In this document: piece by piece, positions 56,180 to 64,000 of the stretch
Numbering within the stretch: the first letter of the stretch is position 1
Layout: every line of letters starts with the position of its first letter
Assembly: GCF_009914755.1 (NCBI RefSeq)
Contig: NC_060930.1
Length of the DNA stretch: 64,000 nt
Origin: the human T2T-CHM13v2.0 reference genome, Homo sapiens
Strand: one strand, 5' to 3'
The notes under the pieces: model-generated
Database searches by the model: none
The model's input: the letters and a program-made list of their open reading frames with translations, nothing else
What the model was told of the DNA's origin: nothing
Translations under genes and position numbers: made by a program

Positions 56180-57170
56180 TGTGAAAACAACATTATACAC
56201 AACAGGCCAGTTACAAAGGCTATCTTGGGGTAAAAGAGAAATGGAGAGTGAGTTGTGTGTGTGTGTTGTGGCATTCCCTCTCTCATTCCTCATGGAGTAG
56301 CAGAAGGGATATTTCTCCCCCTCCAGCAAAGCTGGAGAAGCTTTAAGAAATCTACTTTGAGAGGGGAAGTGTCTTATGTCCCCTGAAATTTAAGGGAAAC
56401 AGGAACTGCTACCCAACCCAGGCCTGAGCAGTCCCAAAGTGACAGCTTGGCTGGTTAGATCCTGTGAATGTAGAAGAACTAGCTGAATTACCCACAGGGG
56501 GAGCTAAGATGCTTGAGTTTTCCAGCAGACCAAATGAACTGGATGAAGGGAAGCCAACTGTATTATCTTGAAAGAGATTCTGCTCTGGAAGATTCACCTT
56601 CAGGAGAAACAAGTCTTCTGGGTTGGGGGAAACTTTCCAATAGATAGAATATCCATACTGTGAAGCCTCAGAAGGTAGGGGACTGAGGAAGTTTGTCTTA
56701 AAAGCCAGCATAAGATGACATCCTCTGCTTTCAATGAACCAAGAAGTTTCCCAAAATGCCCTGGGAAAAAAACAAGCAGTCCTGATGTCAGAGACAGCTC
56801 ATTAGCCATAGTACACTGTCCCTTTCTCTTAATTTACTCCTGCAGACCCAACTCTAGAGGGACCAAAATAGCAGCTAGAGAGTAGTTACAAAGAGGTGGA
56901 GTGAAGAAAATGTGAAGAAGCTGCTTATATTCTTTTCCTTCCTGTGGGTTTCTGAGTCCAGGGCAGGCCAAAACTGGAGGAGGGAAGAAGAATGTCATTA
57001 GCTGATGATCTGTAGTTTTGATATTAGACTGAATTGAACTTTTACTTTCTGCAAGTGACTGCAAATAGCTTTGAAATCTGATCAATCAGGAAAAGTGGTG
57101 GGAAATAATAAATTAATTGTTACCTGCTTGTGACTGATCCAGTAAAGTCTCAGTAAATACAACCATTACA
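56180..57170 (+). mobile_element. Possible ancient solo LTR (family unresolved)
   Basis: ~1 kb purine-rich block bounded by TGT..ACA with AATAAA near 57108. Confidence 0.3.
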
Positions 57171-57659
57171 ACTTCAGAATATTTTCTCCTACACGTGCTT
57201 TTTATCTGAGTTACTGATTTTCATTGATTGGGAGTTCTAAGTGAATGTATATTAAAATCTGTTGATCTTTTCCTTCATTATTTTTTCTTTGCTTCAAATC
57301 TGAGAAAGTTATTCTTTCGTAGATCTGATATTCTATTCTCTTTTCTATTCACTTTTCATCAATGTATAAAAAACATTTAACAACTCTCTGAAGTTTACTT
57401 TGGCATGTAGTAAAATGTTCATTTAATTTAAATTATCCCAGATTACTATCTATAGCTGAAAATTGGCAATTTTTTATTCATTCACATTGTCCTTCTATAT
57501 GTGAGTCTTACTGTTTTTTAAGGCCCACATACTTGGGACCTATTTATGTTTGATAAATTTGAAACATACTTAGAGATTTATCTTATTCTTGAGTCAGGCT
57601 GAAAGTGGCAGGAGGAGTGGGTTGTAGCTGGTGGGAGTGAGCTTAGCGTATTCTGAGCA

Positions 57660-58700
<1,041 letters not shown>

Positions 58701-60224
58701 AAGATAATTTCATTTAAAAATCATGCTATATTGAATTAATTTTCCTTTTCCATACATTTTTATAATTTTATCATCGGTAAAATTTTTCAATTCCTTGGGA
58801 CAATTTTCTTAATCGGTATATGGAGAAGAAATCCAAAAGATCCTTTACGCAATTTTTGCTCCTATTATTTCCAAATTATTTAATTAGGTATTGATTTAGT
58901 ACTTAAAAAGAAACTATTTTATTTTATCTCTCATTATTTTATTGATTATATATTTGTATGTGTTCTACCTCCCTCCAACATGTTTTAAAACCAGAGATTT
59001 CTTATTGGTATGTAAGTTTTCTTAAGATATGAAAATCCACATACATTATGTTATCTAATTTGTTGATTAAAGAAAACTAAAATAATTTTGTTGGTCCTCT
59101 AACCAAAATTTTTTATAGTTTTTTTTCTTGGCAGGATTTATGCTGTTTTGATAAAAAGTTTCATTGGTTGGCTTCTTTTTTTTTTTACATATTAACATTT
59201 TGTGGGCCTATTTTATTCTCTAGGCTAGAGTATTTTTTCCCCTTTTCTTTCTTTTGCTTTTTTCTGATGTTATTTTTCAGTTGGTTCTTATCACTATTTC
59301 TATTGGATACCATCTGTTGTTTTGGTGACATGTTGAAAACTTTCCTAAGGATTCCTGATTTAAACTTCTTTTTCTTTCTGATGCTATATGTGGCTATAAG
59401 ACAAAATGAACTTTGCAACTAATGCTATGTTTGACAATAGTTGTAATTCTTGCATTTTTCTCTACTCATTCTCTCTGTTTTATTTTCCTTGGTTAACTGG
59501 TACATTTTGAAATATTTCTTATGACTTACAATGCATCTTAAAAATTGGCTTTTAATAAAATCATTACACATGGACTACAATTGGTTTCATAAATTTGTCA
59601 TTCATTCAATAATATTTATTGTTCATTTACTACACATCAGACAATGTTGTTAACATAAATGTTGTTCATATTGGCATCAGCTCATGGGGATATCATTTTA
59701 ATTTAAACTTTTAAAATATTTTCACCAGTTTTATTAAGTTAAAATAACTGTAATTAACTTAATGAACAGTATTCATTTCTATTAGAATTTCAGTGTTCTA
59801 ATAGCTCTTCTTTTCCACCACTGAGCACTGACTGACTGACCTGTCTTTTATAGATACAGATTTTCAGTTGATAGTTCTCAGTTAACAATAATTGCTGAGC
59901 CCTTATTATGTGCTCTATGTGGAGTAAAAAGCAGTTATAACTCCTCCCTCATAAAAACCAATTTGTAAGAGATAAGGTTCCAGTAAACAAATAAATATGC
60001 GATTACAAATTGTGATAAATGCCTTGGAGAAAATAAATAATGTGTATTGAAAGAAAATAATAGGAAAAATTACTTTTGTTGATCTAACTCCATATATTCA
60101 ATTAAACCTGTTGCCTGAATTATTGACACACATTTTCCCATTGTCTACTATATATTTCCATTGTGTGTCGACATATGATACCTCAAACCTAACATCTTCT
60201 CTCTCTCTCCTTTCCCTTCCTCCT

Positions 60225-60690
60225 TATTCATATAGTTTATTGAAGCCAACTTTCTGCCAAAAAATTTAGTAGGCACTTTACAGATAAATTTTAATTGTAG
60301 GTTATTTATTCGTATTATCATGCCCATTTACTGATAGAAGAATCGAGTCTCATAAAATTGAGTCTCATGAACTAACTTTCTCTTGGTCAATCAGTAACAA
60401 ATTTTCAAGCAGGAGTGCTGACTTGGGTCTCCTGATTAGAAAGTTCAGATTCTGTCTGCAATTATACCAGCTTCACAGCATTTATTGTGTACCAACTCTG
60501 TGCTAAGAAGATTGCATTTCTTTATGTAATCATTACAACCCCATGAGATAAATGCTATCTTCATCTTACATAAAATACTCAGAAATGTTAAATTACTCTC
60601 CATTGTCACATAGATGGTAAGAAACGGAGGTGGGATACGAGTCCAGATCCACTCCAGGAAAGCCCATGCTTTTTCCTGTTCACTGCATAC
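60225..60690 (-). mobile_element. Two adjacent MIR SINEs
   Basis: atcatgcccatttactgatagaag.. and acaaccccatgagataaatgcta..gtcacatagatggtaag. Confidence 0.6.
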
Positions 60691-60994
60691 TTCTATGATA
60701 TAGAGTACTGTTTATTCCTTATCTTGCTCAATAAGGCCTTGAGGCCATAGATGAAGTATTTTTTATGACTGTATATGAAGAGCGCTCATTAATTGTCTAT
60801 TAAAGATTGCATAGGTAGTTTAATAAGTTGAGTGCTTCAAATTGTATAAAATTTGCCCAAAATGATTTTATTTTTTATGGCACTAATAAGGTACCATATC
60901 CTTATTTACAGGCCATAATGTTTAAAACAATCTAACTTAGCCAGGCTTTTCACCCTGTAGATGCTGACATTCTGTCAAGTGAATACCAGCTTCC

Positions 60995-61285
60995 TCATCT
61001 ATTTGGCAGATATGTGAATATTTATTAGGTGTCTGGCACAATACTAGGCACTGTGAATACAATATAGGGAGAAACCTACGTGGGTCTTGCCTCATGGACA
61101 GCCTAGTGATGGAGACACAATAACCAAATAATAACACTGATAAATATAGAATTATAAACTAAGATAAATGCTACAGAAAATGGGAATTCTGTGCTAAGAA
61201 AATTTATCCATCATGAAGAGGCAGGCCTAATCTGGGTGGGAAAGGTGAGTGGAGAGGATCTATCAGGAAAGCCTCCCTGAGGATT
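60995..61285 (-). mobile_element. L2 3' end
   Basis: atatttattaggtgtctggcacaatactaggcactgtgaatac..cttgcctcatgga. Confidence 0.65.
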
Positions 61286-61914
61286 TATAGGTTGTTACTT
61301 ATGTTTACAGTATTTAGGGAGAAGTGTAGATACAGTACAACACTAGAAAGTTATGAATTGTTGTTTATGTACACTTGAATCCAGCAGATAGTACAAAACA
61401 TATTTTTTCTCTTCTCATTAAGTCACTTATCAGTCCACGCAGATGCCTCCTCTAATTGTCATGTAAGAGATCCTTTCTCTCTTTATCTCTTATTTTCATT
61501 TCCCTCAGGGTGACCTTGGGAGCCTTCTATCTATATGTCCTCTTGCCAGTGTCTTAGACCTGTCCTACAATTTCTGTGTGGCTATGGAGATAACTTTAAG
61601 GGTGAATAGAAAATAATAATTCCATCTAACTGGAGCAGAACAAATAATCTTCTTGTGGTGAGAGAGAAAGGGAGAACAGTGCACTGAGGAAACCAGAAAG
61701 GAGAGTGAGGGGTAGCTATTATGGCTGGATCACAGAGAGAAAGTGATTTGAAAAGAGGTTGCAGGAAAGGTAAAGGTCAGATACTGATTTGAACTTAAGA
61801 TTCAGCAAGTGCCTCAAGGAGAAAAGAAGTGCAGAATGTTGGGCTCATTTCTTTGCAGTAATCCCCTTCTTCAGGATCTCAGACCGTTAAGTCCTGGCTG
61901 CTTTGGTATTTCCA

Positions 61915-62401
61915 TGTGGGGGTCTGTCCCGCAGACCTTGACCCAATGATGGATGAATAATGTACACTGACACAGACATTTTGCCTCTCAGTCTGGTTGA
62001 GGGTACGGGCCACTTGCAGACACCAAGGAGGGTGCTGTAAAGAGTTGCAACCACGGCCCTGACTCGCTGGCCCTGCTGGCATTTATTCAGCACACATTAA
62101 ATGACAAAGGCTTTGAGTCAACACTATTAGAGGGTAATTAACCTGGTTGCCCTCCCACCAAGAGAGCCATCCTGCGCGCAAATGATGAAAGGTTAGTTTT
62201 AGGACCACATGAGTAAACAAGTTATTTAGATAAACTCCTCTACATTCCTCTGTATCTACATCCTGAGCTTTTAAGAGAATTCAGCTGCCTTCAGCCAAAC
62301 ATTTTACTGAAGCTATGCAAACCCCCAGGCCTTCCAAGAAGGTTTGTGTTTATTTCCTATAATTTTACAATTTTTCCCACCATCCTGACTGAACCCCCAC
62401 A
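61915..62401 (-). mobile_element. LTR22-like solo LTR (HERV-K HML-5)
   Basis: TGTGGGGG..CCCCCACA termini; 6-bp TSD tttcca (61909-61914, 62402-62407); minus strand starts TGTGGGGGTTCAGTCAGGATGGTGGGAAAA. Confidence 0.85.
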
Positions 62402-62533
62402 TTTCCACACTCTAGTTTTTTGTTTCTGCACATCCTGGAGACTGAAGAAAGCTCTAGACCATTAGGATATCACTTGCTACTCTGCCTCTGTGGCCTGTGC
62501 TGCAAATCTGAAAATGTCTTAAGGGGAAAATAA

Positions 62534-62887
<354 letters not shown>

Positions 62888-62979
62888 TGATTACTTTTTA
62901 AATGCCATTTTAAAAAATTACCCCAAAGAAGCATTAATTAGACTGACATCTTGCTTGTCAACAGAAACACTGGAAGCCA

Positions 62980-64000
62980 GAAGCACATGCCATGGTATCT
63001 TTAACTTTGATACCAAAAACAGATAAATTCACTATGATATTTATAGTATAATTCATGGTATAATTTATCTTAAAGAAAATATTAGTACATTTTATCCAGC
63101 AGTATATAAAAAGTATGACACCAGGACTGAGTAGGATTTATTCCAGAAATTCAAGGTTGATTTAACATTTAAACATCAATTAATGTAATTAATTTAAAAA
63201 TAAAGAGAAAAATCGCATGATAATCTCAGCAGAGTGAGCAAAACCATGTGATATGTCAACATCCATTTATGTATATATTCTTAGTTCTTAACCAGACATG
63301 AAATTAAAAAGCTTTACAGGAAAATTATACCTAATAGTGAAACGTTAGAATCCTTTTGTCTGAGATTAAGAGTGATACAAGAATACTGCTATCCTCACAT
63401 CTATTCAATGTTGTAATGTACTTATAATAAGGAAAATAAATAGATAAATTAATAAAGGAAATAGGTTTTAAAAGAGTAAACATTTTATTGAATCTGATAT
63501 GATTGGGTACAAATCAAATAAAAAATCTACAGAAATATTTTCAGGATTAATATGTAAATTTAACATGGTTGCTGAATATAAGAGTGAGTAACATAAGAAA
63601 TCAATTGTATTCCTATATACCAGCAACAGTCAGGTAAAATACAATTTATAATATATTTTTCAGTAACATAAAAGTATTAAATGACTAGATACATATCTAA
63701 CAAAACATGTAGAAGACCTATACAGAAACCATAAAATATTATTGATAGACACTAAAGAAGTCCTAAATAAATGGAGAATTGTAGCATGATTGAAAGATTC
63801 GATATTGTAAAATTATTAATTCCCCCCAAATTTATTTATGAATTCAATTCAAAATCCCAACAGATTTTTTTTTAAACTTGAAAGCTAGTAATAAAATCTA
63901 CATAAAACTTCAGTGTCAAAATAGACAAGGCAATCTTGGTGAAGAAGAATGCAGGAAGACTTGCTCCACCAGATATTACATCTTACTATAAAGCTACAGG
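62980..64000 (+). mobile_element. Old L1M ORF2 fragment running off the right edge
   Basis: ggatttattccagaaattcaaggttgatttaacatt; ctaaagaagtcctaaataaatgg; ttactataaagctacag. Confidence 0.85.

Overview
AT-rich, repeat-dense human DNA (intronic or intergenic). A human-specific L1HS pre-Ta insertion fixes the species. No protein-coding gene or structural RNA gene is recognisable. Many ORF-track entries are Alu-, L1- or LTR-derived, and none resembles a cellular protein I recognise. The window holds 9 Alus plus one ~25-bp Alu stub, about 11 L1 pieces (L1HS to L1ME), about 13 LTRs (MaLR, ERVL, ERVK-type), L2/MIR/CR1 relics and several hAT DNA transposons. The two most notable observations are (i) a heavily decayed Gypsy-like pol (protease-RT-RNase H motifs in order) on the minus strand at ~1-1850, and (ii) a 5'-truncated pre-Ta L1HS carrying a 38-nt 3' transduction with its own AATAAA and second poly(A) tail. 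I found no evidence for a novel multi-gene system. Subfamily names come from recalled consensus sequences, not a RepeatMasker run, and boundaries of old elements are approximate.
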